Source of the DNA: Phycisphaerae bacterium
GTDB taxonomy: Bacteria; Planctomycetota; Phycisphaerae; UBA1845; Fen-1342
Direction of reading: 5' to 3'
Length of the DNA stretch: 64,000 nucleotides
Assembly (NCBI GenBank): GCA_963666925.2
Contig: CAXXTC010000007.1
Location: 288,001-352,000 of the forward strand
Shown here one piece after another: positions 10,122 to 20,836 of this stretch. The notes under the pieces are model-generated. The model saw only the letters and a list, made by a program, of their open reading frames with translations. It made no database searches and was not told the DNA's origin. The translations under genes were made by a program, and so were the position numbers. Numbering within the stretch: position 1 is the first letter of the stretch; every line of letters begins with the position of its first letter.

Positions 10122-12077
10122 ATGATAATGAGATGCGTACATCAATTGTTCAGGGCGGCCCTGTTGGTGGGGTTGACGTTGGGGGTGGGGCTCACGTCGG
10201 CGGCCCGGGCCGACTATCCGACGCAGATCCAGTTCCACGAAGCGATCGACCTGATCGTGACCGAGGCGGACCTGAACAGCGACGGCTGGACGCATTCGAT
10301 TGACTGGATCGCGGCCAGCGGTAACGGCTCCAAGGTCGCGTTCTGGACGATGGCCAGCAAGGTGGGCGAGTCCAGCCAGCGGCATTTCTGGATCTGTAAC
10401 AGCGACGGCAGCGGGCTGCGCGACATCACGCCCACCTGGGACACCAACGAGAATGTGCGCTGGCCGCAGTTGAACCATGACGGCTCGCGGATGTTTTACG
10501 TCGCGTTCTACCACGACCAGTTGCGCTACATCAACACGGAGACCGGGGCCAAGGTCAATGCCGTTCCGGCTGCCAGCGACCTCACCTTCCGTACGCCGTA
10601 CGTGATCAACGAGGCCGGCACTCGGGCGTTCTTCCGCGATTATGACGGCAACGCGACCGGGTGTGATCAGTGCGGCGTGTCGTATGCCGACATCCCCGGG
10701 GCGCCGGTGCGCATCATGACGCTCAGCGACCTGCCCTATGATGATTACTGCAACTCCAATCGTTTCAGTTTTCTCGGGGCAAGCGACGATGGGCGCGTGG
10801 CGATCGCGTGGAAGACGCACGACTATTGCGGCGATTGCACCAGCATGTTCCTCAGTGACGGGGCGGGGGCATATCGCGAGCCGAACGAGTCGGTCGAGTA
10901 TGTTTACGCGCTTCAGGATCTGCCGCACCGGATCATTTCGCGTAACGGCAACCGCGTGCTGTATCACCGCGGGGCGGTGTCCAAGGACCGCGGGGAGGAG
11001 TGGTCGCTGGAGCTGCTCGAGCCGGACACGAACGGGCGGCGCGTGCTCGTTGATCACGGGGACGTGGAGCGGCCGTGTTTGGGGCCGGACGGCCACTACG
11101 TGCGTTACAACGACCCGCTCGGGGCCTATGCGACGCTGGTATATGTGCCGGCGGACCTGGGCGCGGACATCTCGGTTCGCGACACGATCTCGTATCACAC
11201 GACGCTGGTGAGTGCGTGGTCGCTGACGGACATCTGCACCGGCGGCTATCGCTGGTTCGGCAGCAGCTCGCAGGACTGGGGGGCCAAGCAGAAGCTTTAC
11301 CGTTTTGAGCTGAACCACGAGCAGACCGGCGGCTCGTCGGGCGACTGCCCGGTGATTTCGCGCGTCAGCTTCAGCCACAACGCGCTGCTCAATGACGATG
11401 AGATGAAAATCACCGCCTACGTTCTGGTGGACGATCCGCAGGGGCTGTCCGACATCGAGTGGGTGCGCATGGTCAGCACGATCGACTATGGCCGTGAGAG
11501 CGCGGTCTGGGACCAGCTTGGCCGGGCGCCGCTTAGCGCCGGCGGCGACGCAGGCTCGGCGACGCTGACTGACGATGGCCCCTCGGGCACCAACGGCGAC
11601 GAGGAGGCGGGCGATGGGGTGTTTACGTTTGACGGGTTCTGGACGCGGAGCCAGTCGAGTTTCTGGGAGGAGTACGCGTCCGTCGGTTTCCCGATCCAGA
11701 TTCCGATTCGCGTAGTGGTGAAGGACAAGGATGACAACTACACGATCGTGGATGCGAAGCTGTCGGTGACGGACGATCCGAACGACATCTCTGGCCCGGA
11801 ACCCGATCAGCAGTCGGATTCGCAGCAGGATCCTGATTCGAACGACAACACGAGCATCAGTAATCAGGGCAACAACCACAATACCGGTGCGTCGACGCCG
11901 GGCACGACCGATTCATCTGCCGATGGTAACGGTTCGACCAACATCGGGGCGGATGCGAACAGCGACGACACGAGCGGTACCCGTAGCGAGCAGGGTACGC
12001 TCGGCTGTCCGACGATGATGATCATGCTGCTGGGCTTCACGGTGGCCGGCTTGGTCTGTCCTCGACGTGGGCAGTAG
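10122..12077 (+). CDS. secreted protein: beta-propeller-like region, choice-of-anchor-X-like Ig domain, D/S/N/T linker and Cys-containing C-terminal TM anchor
   Basis: Signal peptide ..TSAARA, LTDDGPSGTNGDEEAGDGVFT motif and C-terminus GTLGCPTMMIMLLGFTVAGLVCPRRGQ. Confidence 0.75.
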   Translation: MIMRCVHQLFRAALLVGLTLGVGLTSAARADYPTQIQFHEAIDLIVTEADLNSDGWTHSIDWIAASGNGSKVAFWTMASKVGESSQRHFWICNSDGSGLRDITPTWDTNENVRWPQLNHDGSRMFYVAFYHDQLRYINTETGAKVNAVPAASDLTFRTPYVINEAGTRAFFRDYDGNATGCDQCGVSYADIPGAPVRIMTLSDLPYDDYCNSNRFSFLGASDDGRVAIAWKTHDYCGDCTSMFLSDGAGAYREPNESVEYVYALQDLPHRIISRNGNRVLYHRGAVSKDRGEEWSLELLEPDTNGRRVLVDHGDVERPCLGPDGHYVRYNDPLGAYATLVYVPADLGADISVRDTISYHTTLVSAWSLTDICTGGYRWFGSSSQDWGAKQKLYRFELNHEQTGGSSGDCPVISRVSFSHNALLNDDEMKITAYVLVDDPQGLSDIEWVRMVSTIDYGRESAVWDQLGRAPLSAGGDAGSATLTDDGPSGTNGDEEAGDGVFTFDGFWTRSQSSFWEEYASVGFPIQIPIRVVVKDKDDNYTIVDAKLSVTDDPNDISGPEPDQQSDSQQDPDSNDNTSISNQGNNHNTGASTPGTTDSSADGNGSTNIGADANSDDTSGTRSEQGTLGCPTMMIMLLGFTVAGLVCPRRGQ

Positions 12078-12179
12078 GTCAGGGGGTGTCGGAGGGATTC
12101 CGCGGCGCGGGCGCAATAGCGCCCGGCGCCCCGGGGGGACGCCTCTTCACACTTAGGTTGCCGTTGTGCGTGCTGGGGC

Positions 12180-13562
12180 TCAGCCGGCGGGGATGCTGTA
12201 CTTGGCCATTTTGTCGCGGAGCGTGGTGCGCGGGATGCCCAGGCGCTGGGCAGCGCGGGCTTGGTTGTTGCTGCACTGGCGGAGGGCGAGGACGATCATC
12301 CGGCGTTCGATGTCGGCGACGGTCTCGTTAAGGCCGATCTGCCCGTTGGCGGTGGGCTGGAGATCGTCGAGCTGGGCGAGCGTGAGCGCAGTATCGTCGC
12401 TGGTACGGTCGAACTGGGCTTCGAGCGGGAGGATGTGCTCGGGTCGAATCTCGTTGCCGTGACAGAAGGCCAGGGCGCGCTCCATGACGTGCTCAAGCTC
12501 GCGGACGTTGCCGGGCCAGGCATGACGCAGCAACTCGTCGAGGGCGTGTGAGTTGATGGCGACGGGCTTGTTGCCGACCAGGGCGGCGTGCTTCTCGACA
12601 AAGTGCGGCGCGAGCACGGGGATGTCGTCGAGCCGCTCGCGCAGCGGGGGGATGTTCAGGCTGATGACGTTGAGGCGATAGTAGAGGTCTTCGCGGAAGC
12701 GGCCTTCCTTGACGAGCTTGAGCAGGTCGCACTTGGTGGCGCAGATGAGGCGCACGTCGGTGTGGACGGGTTGCTCGCCGCCGACGCGTTCGAATTCCTG
12801 TTGTTCGACGACGCGCAGGAGCTTCACCTGAAGCTCGGTGGGGATGTCGTCGACCTCGTCCAGCAGCATGGTGCCGCCGTCGGCCAGCTCAAACCGGCCG
12901 GCTTTCTGGCGGATGGCGCCGGTGAATGCGCCTTTTTCGTGGCCGAAGAGTTCGCTTTCGAGCACGGACGGTTGCAGGGCGGCGCAACTGAAGCGGACGA
13001 AGGGCTGATTTGCTCGCCGGCTATGGGAGTGGATCGCCTCGGCGAAGAGCTCTTTGCCGGTGCCGCTCTCGCCGCAGAGCAGGATGGTGCGGTCGGTCGG
13101 AGCGACGGCGCGCAGTTGTTCGAAGAGGCGCTTCATGCCCTGGCTGCGGGCGATGAGGCGGCCGAACTCCTCGACGCCGTCGTCGTGGACGGCGGCCTGG
13201 CGCCCGTCGAACAGGCGGTCGAGCTTCACCAGCAGCTCCTGCGTGGTAAATGGCTTGGTGATGTAGTCGTACGCGCCGCGCTTGATCGCCAGCACCGCGG
13301 TGTCGACGGTGGCGTAGGCCGTCATGAGGATCACTTCGACGGTGGGCCGCAACTGCTTGATGTAGGTGAGCAGATCGATGCCGCTCATGCCCGGCATGCG
13401 CACGTCGGAGACGACCACGTCGATAGCGCGGGTGTCGATGATACGCCGAGCGGCGATGGCGTCGGCGGCCTCGTAGACCTCGTAGCCGTGATCGCTCAGC
13501 TCGATCTGGAGCGTGATCCGCTTCAGCGGTTCATCGTCGACGACCAGGATGCGGCCTGGCAT
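12180..13562 (-). CDS. sigma-54-dependent response regulator (NtrC/AtoC family)
   Basis: [17 protein letters not shown] receiver, [31 protein letters not shown] and a C-terminal Fis HTH. Start at MPGRIL. Confidence 0.95.
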   Translation of the reverse strand: MPGRILVVDDEPLKRITLQIELSDHGYEVYEAADAIAARRIIDTRAIDVVVSDVRMPGMSGIDLLTYIKQLRPTVEVILMTAYATVDTAVLAIKRGAYDYITKPFTTQELLVKLDRLFDGRQAAVHDDGVEEFGRLIARSQGMKRLFEQLRAVAPTDRTILLCGESGTGKELFAEAIHSHSRRANQPFVRFSCAALQPSVLESELFGHEKGAFTGAIRQKAGRFELADGGTMLLDEVDDIPTELQVKLLRVVEQQEFERVGGEQPVHTDVRLICATKCDLLKLVKEGRFREDLYYRLNVISLNIPPLRERLDDIPVLAPHFVEKHAALVGNKPVAINSHALDELLRHAWPGNVRELEHVMERALAFCHGNEIRPEHILPLEAQFDRTSDDTALTLAQLDDLQPTANGQIGLNETVADIERRMIVLALRQCSNNQARAAQRLGIPRTTLRDKMAKYSIPAG

Positions 13563-13753
13563 GGGAACTCCTGTTGCACGGCCGGGGGACCGACCGCGCG
13601 GTCGGCGGTATGAAACCCGGGCTTGGTACATTGCAACCGAAACGACACTTTGCTTCAAGCGGTTTGGCGTGTGCCGGGAGCGTGGGGCGTTTAATGCGGG
13701 CCGCGGGCGCATTGCGCTTGACACTGCTGCCGACAAATGGTCCAGTCCTGTAT

Positions 13754-14872
13754 ATGTCGACAAGCACAGGTACATTGCGGCTGTTCGTGGACGAGGCGGA
13801 GATTCACGTGCGCGGCGGGAAGGGGGGCGACGGGTGCGTGAGTTTAAGGCGGGAGAAGTTCGTGCCGAAGGGCGGCCCGGACGGCGGCGACGGGGGCAAG
13901 GGCGGCGACGTGATCCTGGTCGCGCAGCGTGGCATCGATACGCTGCTGGACCTGGCGGGCCGACACCACTATCGCGCGGAGAACGGTCGGCCAGGGTCAG
14001 GGGCCAATAAGACCGGGCGTGGCGGCAAGGACGTGCGGGTTGTGGTGCCGACGGGCACGCTGGTGTACGACGCGGACAGAGATCGGCTGCTGAAAGACCT
14101 GGTCGAAGATGAGCAGGAGGTTTGTGTGGCGCGCGGGGGCAAGGGTGGTCGCGGCAACGCGCGGTTTGCCACGCCGACCAACCAGACCCCACGCGAGGCC
14201 GAGCCGGGTTTGAAGGGGCAGGAGCGGCGTTTGCGGCTGGAGCTGAAGCTGATCGCGGACGTCGGGCTGGTGGGGTTGCCAAACTCGGGAAAGAGCACGC
14301 TGCTATCCCGGCTGACGCAGGCGCGGCCAAAAATCGCGAGCTATCCGTTCACAACGCGCGCCCCGCACCTGGGGATTCTGGAGCTGCCGGGTTATCGGCG
14401 GTTGGTGATCGCGGATCTGCCCGGGTTGATCGAGGGCGCGCACGAGGGCGTCGGGTTGGGCGATGCATTTCTCCGGCACGTGGAACGGACGCGGGTGATT
14501 GTGCACCTGGTGGATCTTTGTCCGCCGGAGGGGGCGCCGACGCCGGTGGAAGCTTATCGGATGATTCGCAACGAGCTGGAGAAGTACAGCGCGACGCTGG
14601 CTGAGCGGGAGGAGCTGATCGTCGGCAGCAAGCTCGACCTGACCGACGCGGCGGAGTCGCGTGAGCGGCTGGCGGATGAGTTGGGCGCGCGTGTGCTGGG
14701 AATTTCGTCGGCGATCAACAAAGGGCTGCGCGAGCTGGCGGAGGGGATGTGGGAGACGGTCGAGCGGGCGCGGGCGGCCGAGGAGCAGATGCCGAGAGAG
14801 TTGCTGGACCTGGGACCGCCGGCAGAGCCGCTGGAGCCGCGGGAAGATCCGGAGGCAGAGTTGCCGGAATGA
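13754..14872 (+). CDS. obgE: GTPase ObgE
   Basis: FVDEAEI..GGKGGDG..REKFVPKGGPDGGDGG, LELKLIADVGLVGLPNSGKST and DLPGLIEGAHEGVGLG. Confidence 0.97.
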   Translation: MSTSTGTLRLFVDEAEIHVRGGKGGDGCVSLRREKFVPKGGPDGGDGGKGGDVILVAQRGIDTLLDLAGRHHYRAENGRPGSGANKTGRGGKDVRVVVPTGTLVYDADRDRLLKDLVEDEQEVCVARGGKGGRGNARFATPTNQTPREAEPGLKGQERRLRLELKLIADVGLVGLPNSGKSTLLSRLTQARPKIASYPFTTRAPHLGILELPGYRRLVIADLPGLIEGAHEGVGLGDAFLRHVERTRVIVHLVDLCPPEGAPTPVEAYRMIRNELEKYSATLAEREELIVGSKLDLTDAAESRERLADELGARVLGISSAINKGLRELAEGMWETVERARAAEEQMPRELLDLGPPAEPLEPREDPEAELPE

Positions 14873-14908
14873 GCGGTGTTTGTGGCGCGCCGATGTTGCC
14901 CATCCTGG

Positions 14909-14953
14909 CGCACCGGTTACAAACCGGTGTCACAGATAACAGACCGGTGCCAT
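14909..14953. repeat. REP-like palindrome, family A
   Basis: caccggttacaaaccggtgtcaca..accggtgccat has the same core (tgtggcaccggtt..aaccggtg) as copies at 37407, 47817, 49362 and 50595. Confidence 0.7.
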
Positions 14954-15752
14954 GCATGTGGAGTCGAACGCTATGCCGATAGTAAGCCCCGTTGATTCGA
15001 TGCTGGTGATTGACGTGGGGAACACGCGTGCCGGACTGGGCGTGTTGGACGGCGATGGTCTGCACCATACCTGCCGCGTGTCGCTGGATCAGCCGGAGGG
15101 GTGGCAGCCGGCGATTGAACATTGCCTGGATGCACTCGGCGACGGGCCGCAGGCGGCAGTGATCGGTACGGTGAACCCGGCGGCGGCAGCCCGGCTTCAG
15201 GCACTGGTGGAGGAGCTGACCGGACTGTCGGGCCATCGCGTGCGCGACGACCTGCCGCTGCCGATGGAAGTCGACGTCGACAACGTGGATGAGGTCGGCG
15301 TCGATCGGATTTGTTGTGCGGCGGCGGCGTTTGAGCGGTTGCAGTCGGCCTGCGCGGTGGCATCGTTCGGGACGGCGACGACGGTCGATTGTGTTTCGCA
15401 GCAGGGGCGTTTCCTCGGTGGGGTGATTCTGCCGGGGTTTGAGATGTCCTGCGATGCGCTGCACGATCGGACGGCCCAGTTGCCGCGTGTTCGGCCCGGG
15501 GCATCGTCTGGCATATTCGCGAAGAACACGCACGACGCGATCGTCAACGGCGTGACGTTTGGTGCGGTGGGGGCGCTGCGGGAGATCGTGGAGCGCTATG
15601 CAACCGAACTGGGCGAGTGGCCGCAACTCGTTATCACGGGCGGCAACGCCGGGATCGTGGCGGAGCTGGCGGATTTCGTGGATGCAGTTGTGCCGGACTT
15701 GTGTTTGATGGGTGTCGCGCTGAGCTACCGCCTGGCCGCCGGTCAGTCGTGA
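14952..15752 (+). CDS. coaX: type III pantothenate kinase
   Basis: LVIDVGNT, VGVDRI, FGTATTVD, GGVILPG and ITGGNA. Exact start uncertain. Confidence 0.93.
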   Translation: MHVESNAMPIVSPVDSMLVIDVGNTRAGLGVLDGDGLHHTCRVSLDQPEGWQPAIEHCLDALGDGPQAAVIGTVNPAAAARLQALVEELTGLSGHRVRDDLPLPMEVDVDNVDEVGVDRICCAAAAFERLQSACAVASFGTATTVDCVSQQGRFLGGVILPGFEMSCDALHDRTAQLPRVRPGASSGIFAKNTHDAIVNGVTFGAVGALREIVERYATELGEWPQLVITGGNAGIVAELADFVDAVVPDLCLMGVALSYRLAAGQS

Positions 15753-16978
15753 ACGCCGACGGGCGGCAGGATGATGGCGGCTACGGGTTGTTGAGCAGCC
15801 CGGGCCCGGGCGGGATTGCGGTGATGCGTGTCTGGGGGGATGCGGCGCGGGGAGTATTAGAACGGTGCGTGGTCCTGCGTGGCGGGCGGCAGTGGGCAGA
15901 GCTGTCGGCCGGGGCGGTTTTGCGCGCGACACTGGTGGATACGGACGGGGCACCGCTGGACGACATGCTGGTTGTGGTACAAGCGGACGGGTCGGCGCTG
16001 GACGTTCGGCTATGCCTGCACGGCAATCCGGTGCTGGTCGGGCAGTGTGCGGAATTGCTGGCGGCGGGGGGGCTGCGGGCGGCCGACGGTGCGGCGGATT
16101 TGTGGCCCGCGGGGGACGTGGTCGAGGAAGAGGTGCTGAGAACGTTGCCGCGGATGAGCACGGAGCGCGGGGCGCGCTGGCTGCTGGGGCAGGTGCGGAT
16201 GTTGCGGGCGGAGATCGGTCGGCTGGCTAGTTGTGGGGATGTGCAGACGGTGCGGTCGGCGTGTGAGGAACTGATCGGTCGGCGGGGGCTGGTGGAGCGG
16301 TTCGCCCGGCCGATGCGGGTGGCGTTGACGGGGGCGCCGAACGCGGGCAAGAGCACGCTGGCCAACGCGCTGGTGGATCGGCCGATGAGCGTGGTGTCGG
16401 ACGTGCCGGGGACGACTCGCGACTGGGTGGCGACGGTCGCCCAGACGCAGGGGTTCCCGGTGGAGTGGGTCGACACGCCGGGATTGGTGGGGGGCGCGGA
16501 TGGTCTGGCGGCGGCGGCCGAGTCGGCGGCGCGGACGGTTTTGGCAGAAATGGACGCGGTGGTGCTGGTGGTGGAGCCGACCGGGTCGGCGGGAGCTTGG
16601 CGTGCGGATGCCGGGCTGCACGCAGAATTGCCCGTCGAGCCGACGTGTGTGGTGCTTAGCAAGGCGGATCGGCTGGATTCGGCCGGGCGGGAGGAATGGC
16701 GGGCGGTGCTGGCGGAGAGGCTGGACCGGTCGGCGGTGGTCGTTTCCGCCCTGAAACAGACCGGGCTGGAGGAGCTGGAGCGGGTGGTGCTGACGGCGGC
16801 CGGCGGCGGGAGGTCGGCTGATCTGAGCCAGCCGGCGGCCATCAGTGACGCACTCGTGAAGCAGCTACGGGAAATCGCTGGCCAGTCCGATTATAAATGT
16901 ATGCGTGAGAAGCTTTTGGCACTCATCGGTGCAGCCACGGCGGAGGGGCTGACGTGGGGTTGCGAAACGGGCCGATGA
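15749..16978 (+). CDS. MnmE/TrmE-like GTPase lacking the C-terminal CxGK
   Basis: SSPGPGGIAVMRVWG N-terminus, LHGNP, GAPNAGKSTL, VSDVPGTTRDWV, DTPG and SKAD. GTG start overlaps the coaX TGA. Confidence 0.8.
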   Translation: MNADGRQDDGGYGLLSSPGPGGIAVMRVWGDAARGVLERCVVLRGGRQWAELSAGAVLRATLVDTDGAPLDDMLVVVQADGSALDVRLCLHGNPVLVGQCAELLAAGGLRAADGAADLWPAGDVVEEEVLRTLPRMSTERGARWLLGQVRMLRAEIGRLASCGDVQTVRSACEELIGRRGLVERFARPMRVALTGAPNAGKSTLANALVDRPMSVVSDVPGTTRDWVATVAQTQGFPVEWVDTPGLVGGADGLAAAAESAARTVLAEMDAVVLVVEPTGSAGAWRADAGLHAELPVEPTCVVLSKADRLDSAGREEWRAVLAERLDRSAVVVSALKQTGLEELERVVLTAAGGGRSADLSQPAAISDALVKQLREIAGQSDYKCMREKLLALIGAATAEGLTWGCETGR

Positions 16979-17067
16979 AACGCTAGCATTGCTTATGTAC
17001 GCACGCGGTACGCGGGTCGGCAGGGGCTGATCCACCAACCGCCGGCCGGTATTCGGAGAACGACGCG

Positions 17068-18339
17068 TTGACGATTCTGCTGGGTGTGGTCCTGCTCGGA
17101 CTGACTCTCTACATGTCGACGCTTGCCTATACGGTGCGAACGTTCTCCCGATCGCGGCTGGAAACGTTGCTGCGCAACGGCACGCGCGAGGTCTGGCTGA
17201 ACTGGCTGGATCAGAACGAGTGGCAGCTTCAGACGCTGACCGGTTTGTTACGGCTGGCGCTGAACCTGGGGGTGCTGGTCACCGCGTGGTACTACTGCCG
17301 ATTTGTGATGGGGTTTGAGGCCACCACGCTGGCGGCCATCGTGGCGGGGGCGATAACTCTGCTGCTCCTGGCCTTGTTCGCCGTCGCCATCCCGCACGCG
17401 CTGGCGGTGCACGCGGGGGAGGAGATCCTGGCACGCAGCCTCGGCGTGTTAACAGCGATCCGGTGGGTGTTTTACCCGTTTACCCGGCTGTGTGACGCGG
17501 TGGAGTTTATCGTTCGGCGGCTGCTGGGCAAAGCCGAGGCGAGCGACGAGGAAGAGACCGAGCGCGCCGAGCAGGAGATTCTGGACGCGGTGTCGGAAGG
17601 TCAGGCACACGGCGCTGTCGATGATGACCAGAAGGACATGATCGAGTCGGTGTTTGAGCTGGCCGAGACGCAAGTGAACGCGATCATGACGCCGCGGACG
17701 GATATTAACGCGGTTTCGGTCAACGCCGGCTATGACGACGTGCGCCAGACGATCCTGTCGAAGGGGCATTCGCGAATTCCGGTATTCGAGCGCTCGGTGG
17801 ATCACATCGTCGGCGTGATCTATGCGAAGGACCTGTTGCGGCTGGACCCTAGCGGCACGTTCGATGCACGGAAGATTATGCGAAAGGCGCCGTATGTGCC
17901 CGAGACCAAAACGCTGACCGAGCTATTGCGCGAGTTTCGGACGACGAAGGTGCAAATCGCGATCGTGCTGGACGAATATGGCGGGACGGCCGGGCTGGCG
18001 ACGATCGAGGACATCCTCGAAGAGCTGGTCGGCGAGATCGACGACGAGTATGACCAGTTGCCGCCGCCGGAGATCATCCGCGTGGACGAGGACACGCTCG
18101 AAGTTGATGCACGCGTACATATCAGCGAGATCAATGAGGAACTGGAGATCGAGCTGTCGGAAGAGGAAGATTACGAGACGATCGGCGGGTTTGTCTTCGC
18201 GACGCTGGGCAAGATTCCCGCTACCGGGGAGGAGTTTGAGCAGGACAACATCCGCGTGAAAATCGTGGCGGCGGAAGATCGGCGGATCAAGCGGCTGCGC
18301 ATCCACGTGGATCGGCAACAACGCGCCGAGATCGCGTAG
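17068..18339 (+). CDS. HlyC/CorC (CNNM) family CBS-domain transporter
   Basis: TM N-terminus, [38 protein letters not shown] and YETIGGF. Confidence 0.93.
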   Translation: MTILLGVVLLGLTLYMSTLAYTVRTFSRSRLETLLRNGTREVWLNWLDQNEWQLQTLTGLLRLALNLGVLVTAWYYCRFVMGFEATTLAAIVAGAITLLLLALFAVAIPHALAVHAGEEILARSLGVLTAIRWVFYPFTRLCDAVEFIVRRLLGKAEASDEEETERAEQEILDAVSEGQAHGAVDDDQKDMIESVFELAETQVNAIMTPRTDINAVSVNAGYDDVRQTILSKGHSRIPVFERSVDHIVGVIYAKDLLRLDPSGTFDARKIMRKAPYVPETKTLTELLREFRTTKVQIAIVLDEYGGTAGLATIEDILEELVGEIDDEYDQLPPPEIIRVDEDTLEVDARVHISEINEELEIELSEEEDYETIGGFVFATLGKIPATGEEFEQDNIRVKIVAAEDRRIKRLRIHVDRQQRAEIA

Positions 18340-18413
18340 CGGCCAGCGCGGGCCGGCGGCGGTGGTCCAACCTGGGGGTTTCCTGTGTTCTGAAACGCGT
18401 TAGAATCCACCGC

Positions 18414-19343
18414 ATGGCGGAAGTACTCCAGGTGGTGGACGCGGCGAAGAGCTTCGGCGCTGCGCCGGCGCTGCGCGGAGCGCGGCTGCGGCTCGAAGCG
18501 GGGGAGTGGGTGGCGCTGCTGGGGCCGAACGGGGCGGGCAAGACCACGTTGGTGCGATCCATTGCCGGACGCGTGCGGCTGGATGCGGGGGAGTTGACGT
18601 TGTTGGACGCGCGCGTGGATCGGCCGGGCTCGGCGGCACGGGCCGCGCGGCAGCGTCTGGGCGTGGTGCCGCAGGAAATCGCGCTGTACGAGAAAATGAC
18701 CGCGCGCGAGAACCTGGAGATTTTCGGCAAGCTGAATGGCATGGCCGGCAGCACGCTGGCGCAGCGTATGCGGTGGGCGCTGGAGTGGACCGGGCTGGCA
18801 GACCGGGCGGGCGACCTGGTGCGGACGTTCTCGGGCGGCATGAAACGGCGACTGAACATCGCGTGTGCCGTGCTGCACGAGCCCGAGGTGCTGCTGCTCG
18901 ATGAGCCGACCGTTGGGGTCGATCCGCAGAGTCGGCAGCGGATCTGGGAGATGCTGGACGGATTGCGGCAGCGCGGGACGGCCCTGTTGCTGACCACGCA
19001 TCAACTCGACGAGGCCGAGAAGGTCTGCCAGCGGATCGTGATCATTGATCATGGGCAGACGATCGCGGACGGGACGCTGGATGAGCTGATTAGCCGAACG
19101 GTGGGGCGGGAGCGGCAGGTGACGCTCGTGCTCGATCGCGAGCCGGCGGCGGGGCAGTTTGGCGACGGATTGGAAGTTGTGGGGTCGGTGCTGCGCTGCC
19201 AGGTGGACGAGGTGGCGGTGGCGTTGCCGCCGCTGTTGGAGCGCGTGCGGGCGGCGGGCTTGAGCGTACTGGACGTGCAGGTGGCGCAGCCGAGCTTGCA
19301 CGCGGTGTTCATTCACCTGACGGGACGGGAGCTGCGCGAATGA
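18414..19343 (+). CDS. ABC transporter ATP-binding protein (ABC-2 exporter)
   Basis: [32 protein letters not shown] and LTGRELRE. Confidence 0.95.
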   Translation: MAEVLQVVDAAKSFGAAPALRGARLRLEAGEWVALLGPNGAGKTTLVRSIAGRVRLDAGELTLLDARVDRPGSAARAARQRLGVVPQEIALYEKMTARENLEIFGKLNGMAGSTLAQRMRWALEWTGLADRAGDLVRTFSGGMKRRLNIACAVLHEPEVLLLDEPTVGVDPQSRQRIWEMLDGLRQRGTALLLTTHQLDEAEKVCQRIVIIDHGQTIADGTLDELISRTVGRERQVTLVLDREPAAGQFGDGLEVVGSVLRCQVDEVAVALPPLLERVRAAGLSVLDVQVAQPSLHAVFIHLTGRELRE

Positions 19344-20698
19344 TCGGCACGGTGATGCGCATTTCGTGGCGGTGTCTGAAGCGCGATCGCGTGGCGCAGG
19401 TGCTGACGTTTCTGTTGCCGATCGTGTTTTTCTCGATATTCGCGGTGATTTTTGGCGGCATGGGCGGCGGGACGACGCGACGGATCCACGTTGCGGTGGC
19501 GGATGAAGATCATTCTCCGGCCAGTGCGCGGTTCATCGCGGCCCTCGAGAAGGACGGCAGCCTGAACGTGACGACCGCTCGCGGGGAGCCGCCGCAGCCG
19601 TTGACGCGGGATCAAGCGCAAGAGCTGGTCACAAGCGCCGAATTGCCGGTCGCGGTGATCGTGCGTGCGGGCTTCGCGGAGCATTTTGGCGGGTTTTTTG
19701 GGCAGGCGGGCGAGCAGCAGCAGGCAACGGTGGATTTGCTGGTGGACCGGTCGGACCCGGTGGCGCCGCAGATGATTGCCGGTCTGCTCCAGAAGGCGGC
19801 CATGACCAGCGTGCCAGACCTGCTGATGGAGCGCGGCGTCGATATGTTTGAGCAGTACGCCGGCCCGATGAGCGCGTCGCAGCGCAGCGCGATGGATTAC
19901 TACCTGGGGCTCCTGCGGGCGGAAACGGCCGCCCCGGCGACAGCCCCGGCCTCGACTACTCAAGCGACGGTTGAGCGTGGCACCGAATCGGCGAACGCAG
20001 GTGATGATGCGACCGATGACGCGGGTGCGTTCGGCGCGGGGCTGGTGCAGGTGAACGTGATCGACCTGTTCGCGGCTGATCCCGACAAGAGCCCGACGAA
20101 CGCGTTCTACGCGGCCGCCGTCGCGGTGATGTTTCTGCTGTTCACCACCACCGCGTCGGCGGGCGTTCTGTTGGAGGAAGAGCAGAACGGCACGCTCGAG
20201 CGGCTGCTGGTTTCGCGGCTGACCATGTCACAGTTACTCATCGGCCGGCTGGTTTATGTCTGGCTGCTGGGCATCGTGCAGTTATGCATTATGTTCCTCT
20301 GGGGTTGGTTGGTGTTTGGCATCAACCTGTTCACGCCGGCGCACCTGGCCGGGTTCGCAGTTATGGCGGCGGCGACATCGGCAGCGTCGGCCGGGTTCGG
20401 GCTGGTGCTCGCGACGGCCTGTCGGACGCGGGCGCAGCTCGACGGGCTCGGCACGATGCTCATCCTGGTCATGTCGGCCATCGGCGGGTGCATGGTGCCG
20501 CGCTTCGTCATGCCGGATTGGATGCAGAGCGTCGGGTTGATTACGTTTAACGCCTGGGCGCTGGACGGGTTCCAGAAGGTCTTCTGGTATGAGCGGCCGC
20601 TATGGGACCTGTGGCCGCAATTGCTCGTGCTGTTCGGGCTGGGGGGGGTGTTTGTTATGGTGGCGCGGGTTCTTTCCCGGCGTTGGGAGACGGTGTAG
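19340..20698 (+). CDS. ABC-2 transporter permease
   Basis: ATGA overlap with the ATPase gene. N-terminal TM, large periplasmic loop, [11 protein letters not shown] and C-terminal TMs. Confidence 0.92.
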   Translation: MIGTVMRISWRCLKRDRVAQVLTFLLPIVFFSIFAVIFGGMGGGTTRRIHVAVADEDHSPASARFIAALEKDGSLNVTTARGEPPQPLTRDQAQELVTSAELPVAVIVRAGFAEHFGGFFGQAGEQQQATVDLLVDRSDPVAPQMIAGLLQKAAMTSVPDLLMERGVDMFEQYAGPMSASQRSAMDYYLGLLRAETAAPATAPASTTQATVERGTESANAGDDATDDAGAFGAGLVQVNVIDLFAADPDKSPTNAFYAAAVAVMFLLFTTTASAGVLLEEEQNGTLERLLVSRLTMSQLLIGRLVYVWLLGIVQLCIMFLWGWLVFGINLFTPAHLAGFAVMAAATSAASAGFGLVLATACRTRAQLDGLGTMLILVMSAIGGCMVPRFVMPDWMQSVGLITFNAWALDGFQKVFWYERPLWDLWPQLLVLFGLGGVFVMVARVLSRRWETV

Positions 20699-20763
20699 GA
20701 CGCGGGGGCCGGGGGACTACGAAGCAGATATGTACCCGGCGCTGATCGGGTGTTGCTTGACGC

Positions 20764-20804
20764 AAAAGCACAGCGGGCCGACGGAGTTTTCCGCCGGCCC
20801 GCTG
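20764..20804 (-). terminator. intrinsic terminator of the large secreted protein gene
   Basis: Minus strand reads cagcgggccggcgga-aaac-tccgtcggcccgctg followed by tgctttt. Confidence 0.75.
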
Positions 20805-20836
20805 GGGTTACTCATTCAGAAACGTTCGCTGCCGGT

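Noticed and set aside
10056..11879. Long antisense ORFs (also 21464-23167, 24152-25594, 60094-62073 and others)
   Set aside because: Shadow frames of high-GC genes with no recognisable motifs. The opposite strand carries the clear protein.
13563..14330. N-terminal extension of the NtrC ORF overlapping obgE
   Set aside because: Low-complexity antisense sequence. The receiver domain starts at [11 protein letters not shown] (13562).
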